NCBI GenBank assembly: GCA_963828165.1
Contig: CAWHDR010000001.1
Location: 2,240,001 to 2,304,000 of the forward strand
Length of the DNA: 64,000 bases
Direction: 5' to 3'
From: an uncultured Chloroflexia bacterium
Lineage (GTDB): Bacteria > Chloroflexota > Limnocylindria > Limnocylindrales > CSP1-4
A program made the translations under genes and the position numbers. Position 1 is the stretch's first letter; every line of letters begins with the position of its first letter. The notes beneath the pieces are model-generated. The model had not been told where the DNA came from. It saw only the letters and a list, made by a program, of their open reading frames with translations, and did not search any database. Shown here piece after piece: positions 31,293 through 40,798 of this stretch.

Positions 31293-32173
31293 GGCGAGCC
31301 ATCCCGGTCCTTGGACCCGTCGTCGACCGGTGGCACGGATCGACCGTCGGGCCTGGGTACCACCCGGGCTCCAGGCATCGAGTAGCGCTCCGCGGACGCC
31401 GGGGTCCCGATCGGCGCGATCTCGCGCGCGGTGGTCGCTGGCAACAGCAGCCCGACCGCGGGCCCCACCAGGCCACCCGCGACGATCCCGATCGACGGGC
31501 TGGTCAGCAACGCCGCGACCACCGCGACACCGGCCCCGACGGTCGCTGCCACGATCTCGCGACGACCGGTGATGAGCCCGACCGCCAGTCCGATCATCGC
31601 CGCGGGGAAGATGATGTCGATGCCGAACCGGTTCGGGTCCGGGATCTCGCCACCCAGCACCGAGCCCGCGAAGGTGGCGATGTTCCAGGGGATGAAGGTC
31701 GCGACGATGGCGGCGACCCAATAGCCGCGTTCATCGGTCCGACCGATGCGCTGGTTGTGGGCGATGGTCAACGCGAAGGCCTCATCCGTGAGCAGATGCG
31801 CCATCACGGCGCGTCGCCAGAACGGGATGTGTCGGAACCATGGCGCGAGCGCAGCGGAGTACAGCAGGTGGCGCGCGTTGAGAAGGAAGGTCAGGAGCAC
31901 GATGGCCGGCCAGGCGAGGCCGGTCGCCACGTAGCCCACCGCCGCAAACTGCGCCGCACCACCAAAGACGATCACGCTCATCGCGATGACCTCGATCGGC
32001 GAGAAGCCGGCCTCGCGAGCGGCCAGGCCATAGACGAACCCGAACCCGACCGCCGCGACGGCGATCCCGAGCGCATCCATGAGGAGCCGACGCCGACTCT
32101 CGGCGAGCACGGTCGGATCGACGAGTGCTTCGGGGGCTTGGAGGGCCGCGCGGTCGGGCAGGGGATCGGTCAC
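31289..32173 (-). CDS. azlC: AzlC family branched-chain amino acid permease
   Basis: MSVIVFGGAAQF, LNARHLLYSA, LTDEAFA. Confidence 0.9.
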   Translation of the reverse strand: MTDPLPDRAALQAPEALVDPTVLAESRRRLLMDALGIAVAAVGFGFVYGLAAREAGFSPIEVIAMSVIVFGGAAQFAAVGYVATGLAWPAIVLLTFLLNARHLLYSAALAPWFRHIPFWRRAVMAHLLTDEAFALTIAHNQRIGRTDERGYWVAAIVATFIPWNIATFAGSVLGGEIPDPNRFGIDIIFPAAMIGLAVGLITGRREIVAATVGAGVAVVAALLTSPSIGIVAGGLVGPAVGLLLPATTAREIAPIGTPASAERYSMPGARVVPRPDGRSVPPVDDGSKDRDGSP

Positions 32174-32226
32174 GGTCGCCTAGCGTAAGAAACTCTGGAC
32201 GAGCGTCGGGGGGCGCCGGTTCGCCG

Positions 32227-32499
32227 CTAGCGCAGGAAGGTCTTTGCGCAGGTGCCGTCGCAGACGACGAAGACCGCGTGCTTCTCCGCGGAATAGCCGG
32301 CGGCGTGCAGCAGACCCGCGCAGCCCGGCGTCGGGCACTTCCAGACCCACCATCTCTCGCGCACATCGGGCGGTGTCGATTCGGCTGCGAGCGTGTCGGC
32401 CAGGCCCTCACGCTCCGCGACGAGACGCGCGACCGCCGCGGCCCGATCGGCCTCGGTCTCGCTGGTGTACGGATAGTTCTGCCCGACGTTCGAAGTCAC
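32227..32499 (-). CDS. Small hypothetical protein with Zn-ribbon-like C-terminus
   Basis: RBS AGAGGAG, GTG start; KCPTPGC..LLH....VCDGTCAKTFLR. Confidence 0.65.
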   Translation of the reverse strand: MTSNVGQNYPYTSETEADRAAAVARLVAEREGLADTLAAESTPPDVRERWWVWKCPTPGCAGLLHAAGYSAEKHAVFVVCDGTCAKTFLR

Positions 32500-32613
32500 G
32501 GGGCTCCTCTGGTGCGGCGCGCCAACTGTTGGCGTGAACAAGGACGGCGCTCGTCATCTGGCGCTACCGGCGTTAGAGGAACGGCGCTCGCCAGATCGCG
32601 GTCAAAGGTACGG

Positions 32614-32730
32614 CGCTCGCCGAGGGGCGGTCCTGGGGAAGGCCGGAGCGAGGAGTGGAGCGGCGCACTGAGGTGCGTGAGCGAACCCCGAAGCTTCCAA
32701 CGCAGCCCTGGGCCGTCCCCTTGGCGAGCG
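32614..32730 (-). repeat. Structured dispersed repeat (MITE/REP-like or ncRNA), copy 1
   Basis: Long terminal stem CGCTCGCCGAGGGG.../...CCCCTTGGCGAGCG. On the minus strand the inner motifs read TGCGTT, CTCACGCAC-loop-GTGCG, TCCGG, CCTT, also found at 55146-55258. Confidence 0.6.
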
Positions 32731-32798
32731 CAACCGGTGGCGGCGGTGTGTGAGCGCTGCTGCCACCGGTCGGCGGAGTATCGCATATAGGCAAGGGC

Positions 32799-34469
32799 CT
32801 ACCAAACCGCCGGCAACCCCTCGCTGCGCGGGTCTGTCGCGGCCGCGAGCGTGCCACCCGGTTCCGCCGGCCCGCCGGCGACGAGCTCGATCGCATGCTC
32901 GTGGCCAAGGTTCGAGTCGAAGGCAGCGGTCGGCACCAGGTCGTGGCCGAGGGCGCGCAGCGTGTCGTCGATGCCGTCCGCATGCCGCGGCTCCAGGTAG
33001 ACGGCCGTCGGTGGCGCGAAGTGATCGGCGGGCTCGATGTAGAAACGCGGCGCGGCGATCGCGGTCCGGATGTCGAGCCCGCCGTCCACGACGGCGCTGA
33101 CGAACTGGGCGTGGATCTGGGGCTGGGCATCACCGCCCATCGAGCCGATGACGATCCACGGCCCGGCTCGATCGCTCCGGAACAGCATCCCGGGGAGCAG
33201 CGTGCTCAGCGTTCGCTTCCAGGGTTCGAGGATGTTCGGGTGCCCCTCGTCCAGGCTGAAGTAGCTGCCCCGGTTCTGGTAGTGGATCCCGGTCTCCGGA
33301 TCGACGACGCCGGAGCCGAAACCCAGGTAGTTCGACTCGATGAGGCTCACCGCGTTGCCGGCGCTGTCCACCGTGGCCAGGTACACCGTGCCGCCGCCGA
33401 CCGGGTTGGACGCAGCCTGTGGTGCGCTGGCCCGCGTCAGGTCGATCCTCACCGCCAGATCCGCGAGCCGGTCCCGGTCCAGGAGCAACTCGACCGGCAC
33501 CTCGTGCGCCGTCGGGTCGGTCAGGTGGGCGTCGCGATCGGCCATGGCGATCTTGGCGGCCTCCAGATGCAGGTGGATCCAGCGTGCGTCCGCGACACCT
33601 TCCGGCCCGAAGGCCGCCGGGCCCGGCGGCTCGAATCGCTCCAGCAGGCCGAGCAGCTCGAGCGCGACGAGACCGGAGCTGTTCGGCGCGTGGGTCGTCA
33701 CGCGGACACCGCGGTAGTCGATCGAGATCGGTTCGCCCCATGTCGACGTGTGCTCGCGCAGGTCCTCGACCCGGATCGGCGATCCCGCGGCGGCGAGGCC
33801 CCGCGCCTGGCGCTCTCCGAGGTCGCCGTCGTAAAAGGCATCGAAGCCCTCGCGCGCCAGCGTCTCGAGCGTGTCCGCCAGCGCCGCCAGTCGCACGCGC
33901 TCGCCGGGCAGCCAGGGGCGTCCTTGCGGGCGGTACACCGCAGCAAATCCGGCCCCGGAACCGGGCTCGTCCGCGAGCAGCCGCGCTGTCCCTTCGACGC
34001 TATCGATGAACTCGCCCCAGGCCGGGAAGCCATCCCGAGCGAGCTCGATGGCCGGGGCCAGCAGCTCGGCAGGAGTCAGGCACCCGTATCTCTCGTGAGC
34101 GTCAGCCCAGGATCGGACCGCCCCCGGGACCGTGATCGTGAGCGGCCCCCGGCGGGGCATCGTCGTCACACCGCGCTCGCGCAGCGTCGCGGCATCGATC
34201 GCGCGGGCGCTCCGGCCCGATCCATTGAGCGCGACCTGGCGTGATTCCGCCCCGTCCCAGATCAACCAGAACGCATCCCCGCCGATGCCGCAATGGTTCG
34301 GCACGACCACCCCGAGCACGGCGTTCGTCGCGATCGCCGCGTCAACGGCCGATCCGCCGATGCGCAGGATATGGAGGCCGGCGGCCGTCGCCAGGTGATG
34401 TGGGGCCACGACCGCTCCGCGCGCCCCACGGGCCAGTGGCACCGGACTCCACGGGTGCCCGTCGATCAA
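32799..34469 (-). CDS. ggt: Gamma-glutamyltransferase family protein
   Basis: GGSAVDAAIA, CGIGGDAF, ITVPGAV, PNSSG, GTVYLATVD (Thr nucleophile), SNYLGFGSG, QNRG, GSMGGDAQPQ, DPRSEG. Confidence 0.9.
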   Translation of the reverse strand: MIDGHPWSPVPLARGARGAVVAPHHLATAAGLHILRIGGSAVDAAIATNAVLGVVVPNHCGIGGDAFWLIWDGAESRQVALNGSGRSARAIDAATLRERGVTTMPRRGPLTITVPGAVRSWADAHERYGCLTPAELLAPAIELARDGFPAWGEFIDSVEGTARLLADEPGSGAGFAAVYRPQGRPWLPGERVRLAALADTLETLAREGFDAFYDGDLGERQARGLAAAGSPIRVEDLREHTSTWGEPISIDYRGVRVTTHAPNSSGLVALELLGLLERFEPPGPAAFGPEGVADARWIHLHLEAAKIAMADRDAHLTDPTAHEVPVELLLDRDRLADLAVRIDLTRASAPQAASNPVGGGTVYLATVDSAGNAVSLIESNYLGFGSGVVDPETGIHYQNRGSYFSLDEGHPNILEPWKRTLSTLLPGMLFRSDRAGPWIVIGSMGGDAQPQIHAQFVSAVVDGGLDIRTAIAAPRFYIEPADHFAPPTAVYLEPRHADGIDDTLRALGHDLVPTAAFDSNLGHEHAIELVAGGPAEPGGTLAAATDPRSEGLPAVW

Positions 34470-35773
34470 CCGATCATCCCGCTCACTGGGTCCTCGGCCC
34501 GTCGCAGGCGGGCCAACGGCAGCAAGGCCACGAGCAGGAGCACCCCGGTCGCGACCAGCATCCCGTCGATGCCGGCAGCCTCGGCCGCAAAGCCGCCGAT
34601 CAGGGCGCCGATGATCTGCCCGATCGCGAGGAACACCGAATAGAGGCCCATGATCGCGCCGCGGTCGTCGGGAAAGCGCTCGGAGATGTCGGCCAGGAGC
34701 CCCAACGCCGCGGGTGTCGCCCCCGCCATCACGAACAGCCCGAAGGCGGCCAGGGCCGCGGCCGCCACCAGGACGGCGAGCGGCAAGCCCTGGCCGTGGT
34801 TCACGACCATCGCCGCCCCGACGAGCCCGCCTCCGCCGAGGATCCCATACAGGATGATCGACGTGCGCCGGGTGTTCTTGAAGCGGTTACCCCAGTACAG
34901 CAAGCCGAGCCCGAAGATGATCCCGATCACCAGGACCGCGGCCGAGATCTGGACCGCCCCGAAGCCGCGCATCAGCGACTGGTCCGGAAAATCCGGGTTC
35001 GCCTGGGCGAACTGGAAGATCGACTGGCTGAACCACAGCCCGATCGACGCATTGACCGCGATCCAGGTCGGTGCCAGGAGCCAGACATGGCTGCTGCGGA
35101 GCAGCTCCAGGTACCGGCCGAACCCAACGTGCTCCGACCGCGCGGCGCTCGCGTCGCCCGCCGGGTCCTTGACGGTCAGGAAGATGAGGAACGAGACGGC
35201 GTAGAGCACGGCGTTGAGGAAGAACGCCGTCGGGCCGAACAGGGCGAAAACGACCGGGGCCGCCCCGAAGCCAGCACCCAGGCCGAGCAGCGTCGCGCCC
35301 TCGAACCGGGCGGCGGCCTTGCCCCGGAGCAGCTCGTCACCGGCGGTGACCATGGCGATGTAGCCCAGGATCGACGGGATGCTCGCCGCGGTCGACGCCC
35401 CCTCGAGGACACGCGTCAACCCCAGGACGACCAGGCTGCCGGTGATCGGCGCGAGGACGAGGGCCAGCGGGTCCGGCAACCCCAGGTCGGCGGTGAAGCC
35501 GGTCATGATCACGGCCACGGCGCCGAAGATCGGTCCGTAGAGCATCACCCGGTGATGGCCCTGGCGGTCGGACAGGATCCCGAAGATCGGCGACAGCACG
35601 AGTTCGGCGAGATAGAACAGGGCGCCGAACACGCCCAGCACGATCGCGCCGACGGCCGGGCCGCCATGTTCGGGGAGGGTCGCGAGGTAGACGCCGAGCA
35701 TCGCCCCGGTGAGCCCGGTGCTGAAGCGCAGCGAGAAAGTGCCGGCCAGCACGGCCCACAGCGGTCGATCCAT
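34466..35773 (-). CDS. MFS transporter
   Basis: GILSDRQGHHR motif A variant, multiple TMs, RGAIMGLYS. Confidence 0.85.
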   Translation of the reverse strand: MDRPLWAVLAGTFSLRFSTGLTGAMLGVYLATLPEHGGPAVGAIVLGVFGALFYLAELVLSPIFGILSDRQGHHRVMLYGPIFGAVAVIMTGFTADLGLPDPLALVLAPITGSLVVLGLTRVLEGASTAASIPSILGYIAMVTAGDELLRGKAAARFEGATLLGLGAGFGAAPVVFALFGPTAFFLNAVLYAVSFLIFLTVKDPAGDASAARSEHVGFGRYLELLRSSHVWLLAPTWIAVNASIGLWFSQSIFQFAQANPDFPDQSLMRGFGAVQISAAVLVIGIIFGLGLLYWGNRFKNTRRTSIILYGILGGGGLVGAAMVVNHGQGLPLAVLVAAAALAAFGLFVMAGATPAALGLLADISERFPDDRGAIMGLYSVFLAIGQIIGALIGGFAAEAAGIDGMLVATGVLLLVALLPLARLRRAEDPVSGMIG

Positions 35774-35868
35774 GTGCTGCACAGCCTACCGGTTGCGGCC
35801 TCGACCGGGCCCGTATCATGCCGGAAACGCCACACGCTCCGGTTCGGTCCCCTGAGGAGGAGCCACCC

Positions 35869-36732
35869 TTGAGTCGCGTCGCGATCTTCACCGATTCGGC
35901 GTCGGATCTTGACCCGGCCGAGGCCGAGGCGTCGGGCATCCACGTCATCCCGTTGCTGGTCAGCTTCGGTGACACGACGTTCAAGGCCGGAGTCGATCTG
36001 AGCGGCCCCGCCTTCTGGGACCGGATGGTGGCGCCGGATGCGCCGTTCCCCACGACCGCGGCGTCGTCGCCCGGCGACTTCAAGGCGGCGTATGAGGCCG
36101 CGTTCGCCGCCGGTGCCGAGGCGATCGTCTCGATCCATGTCGCCGGCACGCTGTCGGGCACCATCAAGAGCGCCCAGATCGCACGCGACATGCTGCCGGA
36201 CCGGGAGATCCATATCGTCGATTCCCAGGGCGCATCGATGGCGCAGGGCATCCTCGCCCAGATGGGCGTCGAGATGGCTGCGGCCGACCGCCCGGCCGCC
36301 GAGATCGCCGAGATGCTCGAGGCGCGGGCACCGGACATGCTCATGTATGTCGCGCTCGAGACGCTCGAATACCTGAAGAAGGGTGGCCGGATCAGCGGCG
36401 CCCAGGCGGCCATCGGCACGCTGCTGTCGGTCAAGCCGATCATCAAGGTCAAGCACGGCGTGGTCACCACCGCCGACCGGGTCCGCACGCGCTCAAAGGT
36501 CCGCGAGCGCCTGATCGAGCTCATCACGGAAGCGCCGATCGAACGGCTGGTCATCCTCCACACGACCTCCGCGGACGTCGAGGCGTTCCGCGAGGAGATG
36601 CTGCGACGCCTGCCGCATCTGAAACCTGAAGACGTTCCCGTGGCGCTTGTCGGGGCGTCGGTCGGGCCGCACCTGGGGCCGGGCTGTGTCGGCGCCGCGA
36701 TCCTGTACAAGCCGGGTGGCGCCCCCGCGTGA
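35869..36732 (+). CDS. DegV family fatty-acid-binding protein
   Basis: IFTDSASDL, PTTAASS, LSGT, IVDS, LEYLKKGGRI, LSVKPII, HLGPG; RBS GAGGAGG, TTG start. Confidence 0.92.
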   Translation: MSRVAIFTDSASDLDPAEAEASGIHVIPLLVSFGDTTFKAGVDLSGPAFWDRMVAPDAPFPTTAASSPGDFKAAYEAAFAAGAEAIVSIHVAGTLSGTIKSAQIARDMLPDREIHIVDSQGASMAQGILAQMGVEMAAADRPAAEIAEMLEARAPDMLMYVALETLEYLKKGGRISGAQAAIGTLLSVKPIIKVKHGVVTTADRVRTRSKVRERLIELITEAPIERLVILHTTSADVEAFREEMLRRLPHLKPEDVPVALVGASVGPHLGPGCVGAAILYKPGGAPA

Positions 36733-36949
36733 AGGTTGCGGTGAGGTTGCGACAACCTTGCCGACCGGTACCATCGGGGAGGCGCGTCCAGCCGACCTCC
36801 GGCTATACTCGGCGCCGCATGAGTCGCGCGTCGAAGTCCGGCGAAATCGCCCAAGAACCTTCGACACGCCCCGTGGGGTCGTCCGGGAGACGGCCCACAC
36901 ACGACGAGGCGACCCGGGACGGGCGCCCGACACGGAGGTTCTCCCTTCC

Positions 36950-38215
36950 ATGACCACCGAGCACGTCGCTGCGCGAATCAACGCGTGGGAAGTCGCACAG
37001 CGACAGTTCGATCTCGCCGCAGAGCGTCTCGACCTGGACGCCGGGATGCGGCTCGTCCTTCGCGAGCCGCGGCGCGAATTCACCTGCCACTTCCCGGTTC
37101 ACATGGACGACGGGTCGGTGCAGGTCTTCACCGGCTATCGCGTCCAGCACAACCTGGGCCGTGGTCCGGCCAAGGGCGGGATCCGCTACCACCAGGATGT
37201 CTCGCTCGACGAGGTCAAGGCCCTGGCGATGTGGATGACCTGGAAGTGCGCGGTCGTCGGGATCCCATACGGCGGCGGCAAGGGCGGCGTCATCGTCGAT
37301 CCCAAGAAGCTCAGCCAGAAGGAGCTCGAGGGCCTGACCCGCCGGTTCTTCACCGAGATCGAGGTCCTGGTCGGCCCCGAGAAGGACATCCCGGCCCCGG
37401 ACGTCAACACCAACGCCCAGATCATGGCCTGGATGATGGATACCTATTCCATGCATGCGGGCTACACGGTCCCGGGCGTCGTGACCGGCAAGCCGATCAG
37501 CCTGGGTGGCTCAGAGGGCCGCAACGAGGCGACGGCCCGCGGCACGGTCTTCTGCGTCATCGAAGCCGTCGCGCACCTCGGGATGGACCTGACCAAGTCG
37601 AAGGTGGCGATCCAGGGCTTCGGCAACGCGGGCGCGATCGCGGCCAGGCTCATCGCCCAGGAGGGTGCGACGGTCGTCGCCGTGTCGGATTCGACCGGTG
37701 GCATCCACGCCGCGGGCGGCCTCGACGTCGCGAAGGTGGTCGGCTGGAAGCAGGAGCACGGCACGGTCCAGGGCTTCCCGGGCGCGGACGACGTCTCCAA
37801 CGCCGATGTCCTCGAGGTCGACTGCGACATCCTCATCCCCGCAGCCCTGGAGAACCAGATCACGTCGCGGAACGCCCGCAACATCAAGGCGAAGATCATC
37901 GCCGAGGCAGCCAACGGCCCGACCACGCCGGAAGCGGACGAGATCCTCTACGACGCCGGCAAGTTCATGATCCCGGACATCCTGTGCAACGCCGGGGGCG
38001 TCACGGTCAGCTACTTCGAATGGGTGCAGGACCTCAACCGCGACCACTGGAGCGAGGCGGTCGTGAACGCCAAGCTAAAGGACATCATGGTCAAGGCGTT
38101 CGGGGAGACGCTTGCGATGATGCAGCGCGAGGAGGTCAACATGCGGACCGCCGCGTACCTGCTCGCCGTGAAGCGCGTCGCGGACGCCATGGAGATGCGC
38201 GGCCTGTACCCCTAG
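36950..38215 (+). CDS. gdhA: Glu/Leu/Phe/Val dehydrogenase (glutamate dehydrogenase)
   Basis: GYRVQHN..RGPAKGGIRYH, MTWKCA, GGGKGG, DIPAPDVNT, QGFGNAG, EAANGPTT, NAGGVTVSYFEWVQ. Confidence 0.93.
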   Translation: MTTEHVAARINAWEVAQRQFDLAAERLDLDAGMRLVLREPRREFTCHFPVHMDDGSVQVFTGYRVQHNLGRGPAKGGIRYHQDVSLDEVKALAMWMTWKCAVVGIPYGGGKGGVIVDPKKLSQKELEGLTRRFFTEIEVLVGPEKDIPAPDVNTNAQIMAWMMDTYSMHAGYTVPGVVTGKPISLGGSEGRNEATARGTVFCVIEAVAHLGMDLTKSKVAIQGFGNAGAIAARLIAQEGATVVAVSDSTGGIHAAGGLDVAKVVGWKQEHGTVQGFPGADDVSNADVLEVDCDILIPAALENQITSRNARNIKAKIIAEAANGPTTPEADEILYDAGKFMIPDILCNAGGVTVSYFEWVQDLNRDHWSEAVVNAKLKDIMVKAFGETLAMMQREEVNMRTAAYLLAVKRVADAMEMRGLYP

Positions 38216-38710
38216 GGCGTCGGGCCTGGTTGCGCCGCCCCATAGACCCGCCAGCCGTCGGTGCGCACGGCGCGCATTCATTCCAGCCAACGCGATCGTG
38301 GTTGCCGTTGGTCCGGTGCATGACACGCACCGGACCGGACCCGGTCCGCGAGATGCGGTCGATCTGGTGCGTGGCACGGCCATGAACGTCAGGTTGGTCC
38401 CGGTCGATGGCCGGAATGGTCGCCGGGGCGCACGGGGCCGCGCCTGTTACGGGTCAGGCCAGCGAAGGACGCGTGGGAGATCACGCAATGGGACGTGCGG
38501 ACGCGTCTCCCGTGCACCGGGTGCTCGTATCAGCGACCGAACGACGTCACGTTCGTTGATCGTGCATCCGATGCCCGCGTTCGCGGTGGAACACCATGAT
38601 CCGTGGTCCTCGGACGCGTTCCTTCGTCGATAGGCGCGCGGGGTGCATGAAGGATCGATGCCACGACAACGCGCCAGGGCACGCCCCGGCCCGGTGCTAC
38701 CATCGCGGCC

Positions 38711-39316
38711 ATGCTCGACCACGAAGAGAAATTCCTGTTCAAAGAGGAGATCCTCCACCTGTCGAACGCGGTGGCGGAGCCCGGCATCCTCGACAACGTC
38801 GAGGATCTGCTGACCGACGTCATCACGAGCCCGCGGTTCGATTCGGAGGTCTTCACGCTCGAGCGCAGCCTGCAGGTCATGCTCGGGCCGCGCGCGGGGA
38901 CGACGCTGGTCGGGCTGCTGACGGTCGCACCGGAGGTCTTCGACGAGGTCGCCGAGGTGCGCATCCCGTCCGAGGTCCACGAGCGGCTGGTCGCGTGGCG
39001 GGCGCGCTTCGGCCTCGCGATCGACAACGCGCTGAACTTCCTCAACAACCCTGACGGGATCCAGGGTCACAACTTCGCGACCCAGGTCGCGCATGTCGAA
39101 GAGCGTCGCGTCCTCCAGGGGCGCCTGACGCTGGTCCGCTACAACAACGAGCCGCAGTTCTTCGTGGCCGACGCGAGCGTCTTTTTCGGGCTCGTCGTCG
39201 ACATCCTCGAGCGGCTCGGCCCGTACCTCGAGCCTGACGCGGTCGATGCCGAGACGGTCGCTCGACTGCGCGACGCGCTCGGCCTGGTCGAGCGCAAGAC
39301 GGGCACGCACAGCTGA
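38711..39316 (+). CDS. Hypothetical protein
   Basis: 201-aa ORF with typical high-GC3 codon usage; no recognisable motif. Confidence 0.7.
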   Translation: MLDHEEKFLFKEEILHLSNAVAEPGILDNVEDLLTDVITSPRFDSEVFTLERSLQVMLGPRAGTTLVGLLTVAPEVFDEVAEVRIPSEVHERLVAWRARFGLAIDNALNFLNNPDGIQGHNFATQVAHVEERRVLQGRLTLVRYNNEPQFFVADASVFFGLVVDILERLGPYLEPDAVDAETVARLRDALGLVERKTGTHS

Positions 39317-39351
39317 GAATTTCGGGCTGATGGCGCACGGGGCCGCCTGAA

Positions 39352-40476
39352 ATGCGCCACGTCTACCTCGCGGCGACCGGGCAGAACCGTGGCAAGACCA
39401 CGCTCAGCCTCGGGGTCATGGACGGGTTCGGGCGCCGTGGCCTCTCGACCGGGTTCATCAAGCCGGTCGGGCAGCGAACGGTCATCGAGGATGGCGTCCC
39501 CGCGGACGAGGACGCCGTCCTCATGAAGAGCGTCTTCGACCTCGCCGAGCCCTTGCAGCAGATGAGCCCGGTCCACATCCCGCGTGGGTTCACGCAGAGC
39601 TACATCGACGGCAGGGTCGTCGAGGACCTCCCCAGCCGGATCGCGGCCGCCCACTCCCAGTTCGCCGCCGACCGCGACATGCTGCTCATCGAGGGGACCG
39701 GGCACGCAGGCGTCGGCGCCGTCATCGGGCTGTCGAACGCCCAGGTGGCCGCGATGCTCGGTTCGCCGGCGGTGATCGTGTCCGAGGGCGGCGTCGGCCG
39801 CCCGATCGATGAGATCGTGCTGAACAAGGCCCTGTTCGAGCGCGCGGGCGTCCACGTCGCGGGGGCCATCGTCAACAAGGTCGACCTCCTCGCCAAGCCC
39901 GATCTCGCGAGGACCCTGGAGCGCGGACTGGCGCGCCACGGCATCACGCTGCTCGGCGTCCTCCCGTATCGCCCGATCCTGTCGAATCCGACGCTGTCGA
40001 TGGTCCTCGAGGGCGTCCACGGCGAGACGATCCACCCGGGACCGGACCTGGATCAGGTGATCGGCGGCGTTGCGATCGGCGCCATGGAGCCGCAGCACAT
40101 GCTCCAGCGCATCGGGCCCGGAGCGCTCGTCATCGTGCCCGGCGACCGCGAGGACGTGATCGCCGCGATCGTCCACGCGCGGCGGGTCGGGGCGGAAGCC
40201 GGAGGCGACGCCCTGGGACTCGTGCTGACCGGGGGCTACCGGCCGCGCAAACCGGTGCTCGAGGCGATCCGCGCGGCGGACCTCTTCGCGACCATCGTGC
40301 CCGAGGACACCTACGCCGTGGCGTCCGAGGTCCACGACCTCCTCGTCAAGACGCACGCAGCCGACCGGGGCAAGATCGAGGAGATCAAGGCGCTCGTGTG
40401 GGAATACCTGTTCATCGACCGGATCCTCGACGTCGCCACTGAAGCGGAGGTTCGCCCCTCTCCGGCGACGGCCTAG
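39352..40476 (+). CDS. Phosphotransacetylase N-terminal-like protein (BioD-like AAA_26 + DRTGG), no PTA catalytic domain
   Basis: TGQNRGKTT, GFIKPVG, LIEGTGH, IVNKV, VPGDRED, LVLTGG. Confidence 0.8.
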   Translation: MRHVYLAATGQNRGKTTLSLGVMDGFGRRGLSTGFIKPVGQRTVIEDGVPADEDAVLMKSVFDLAEPLQQMSPVHIPRGFTQSYIDGRVVEDLPSRIAAAHSQFAADRDMLLIEGTGHAGVGAVIGLSNAQVAAMLGSPAVIVSEGGVGRPIDEIVLNKALFERAGVHVAGAIVNKVDLLAKPDLARTLERGLARHGITLLGVLPYRPILSNPTLSMVLEGVHGETIHPGPDLDQVIGGVAIGAMEPQHMLQRIGPGALVIVPGDREDVIAAIVHARRVGAEAGGDALGLVLTGGYRPRKPVLEAIRAADLFATIVPEDTYAVASEVHDLLVKTHAADRGKIEEIKALVWEYLFIDRILDVATEAEVRPSPATA

Positions 40477-40535
40477 CCGACGCGGGGGCGGCGGGGCAGG
40501 GGGCGCCGGAGCGAACCGGCCTTGCTCCGACTTCG

Positions 40536-40709
40536 GGTGTCAGCCTGAGACACCATATCGCCACAGCCGTGCGCGACCGACTAGCCCACGTCAGCCTCAG
40601 ACACCATCACGCCACAGATCAGCATGACCGATTGCCCAGATCGCAGAAATCGTCATATGAGGCGATCGACCACGAGCGACCTGTTCTGAATTTGTCACTG
40701 ACATTGACA
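40536..40709. repeat. Second palindrome/tandem-repeat array (GTCA...GAC family, 51-bp duplicated unit)
   Basis: GTCAGCCTGAGACACCATATCGCCACAG (40539) and GTCAGCCTCAGACACCATCACGCCACAG (40590); further GTCA-led imperfect palindromes at 40652 and 40694. Confidence 0.6.
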
Positions 40710-40798
40710 CGGTTCGATCGGCCCTGCGGCCGTGCGGTGGGCGGGCCGGCGCCGGTCGGGGCCGCGGCCGGCGCCCGCCCGTCCATCACCTACAACCG

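Noticed and set aside
32500-32800. Riboswitch (SAM, lysine or TPP) upstream of the azlCD region
   Set aside because: No conserved aptamer core recognised; the structure is better explained by the dispersed repeat plus a hairpin at 32733-32770.
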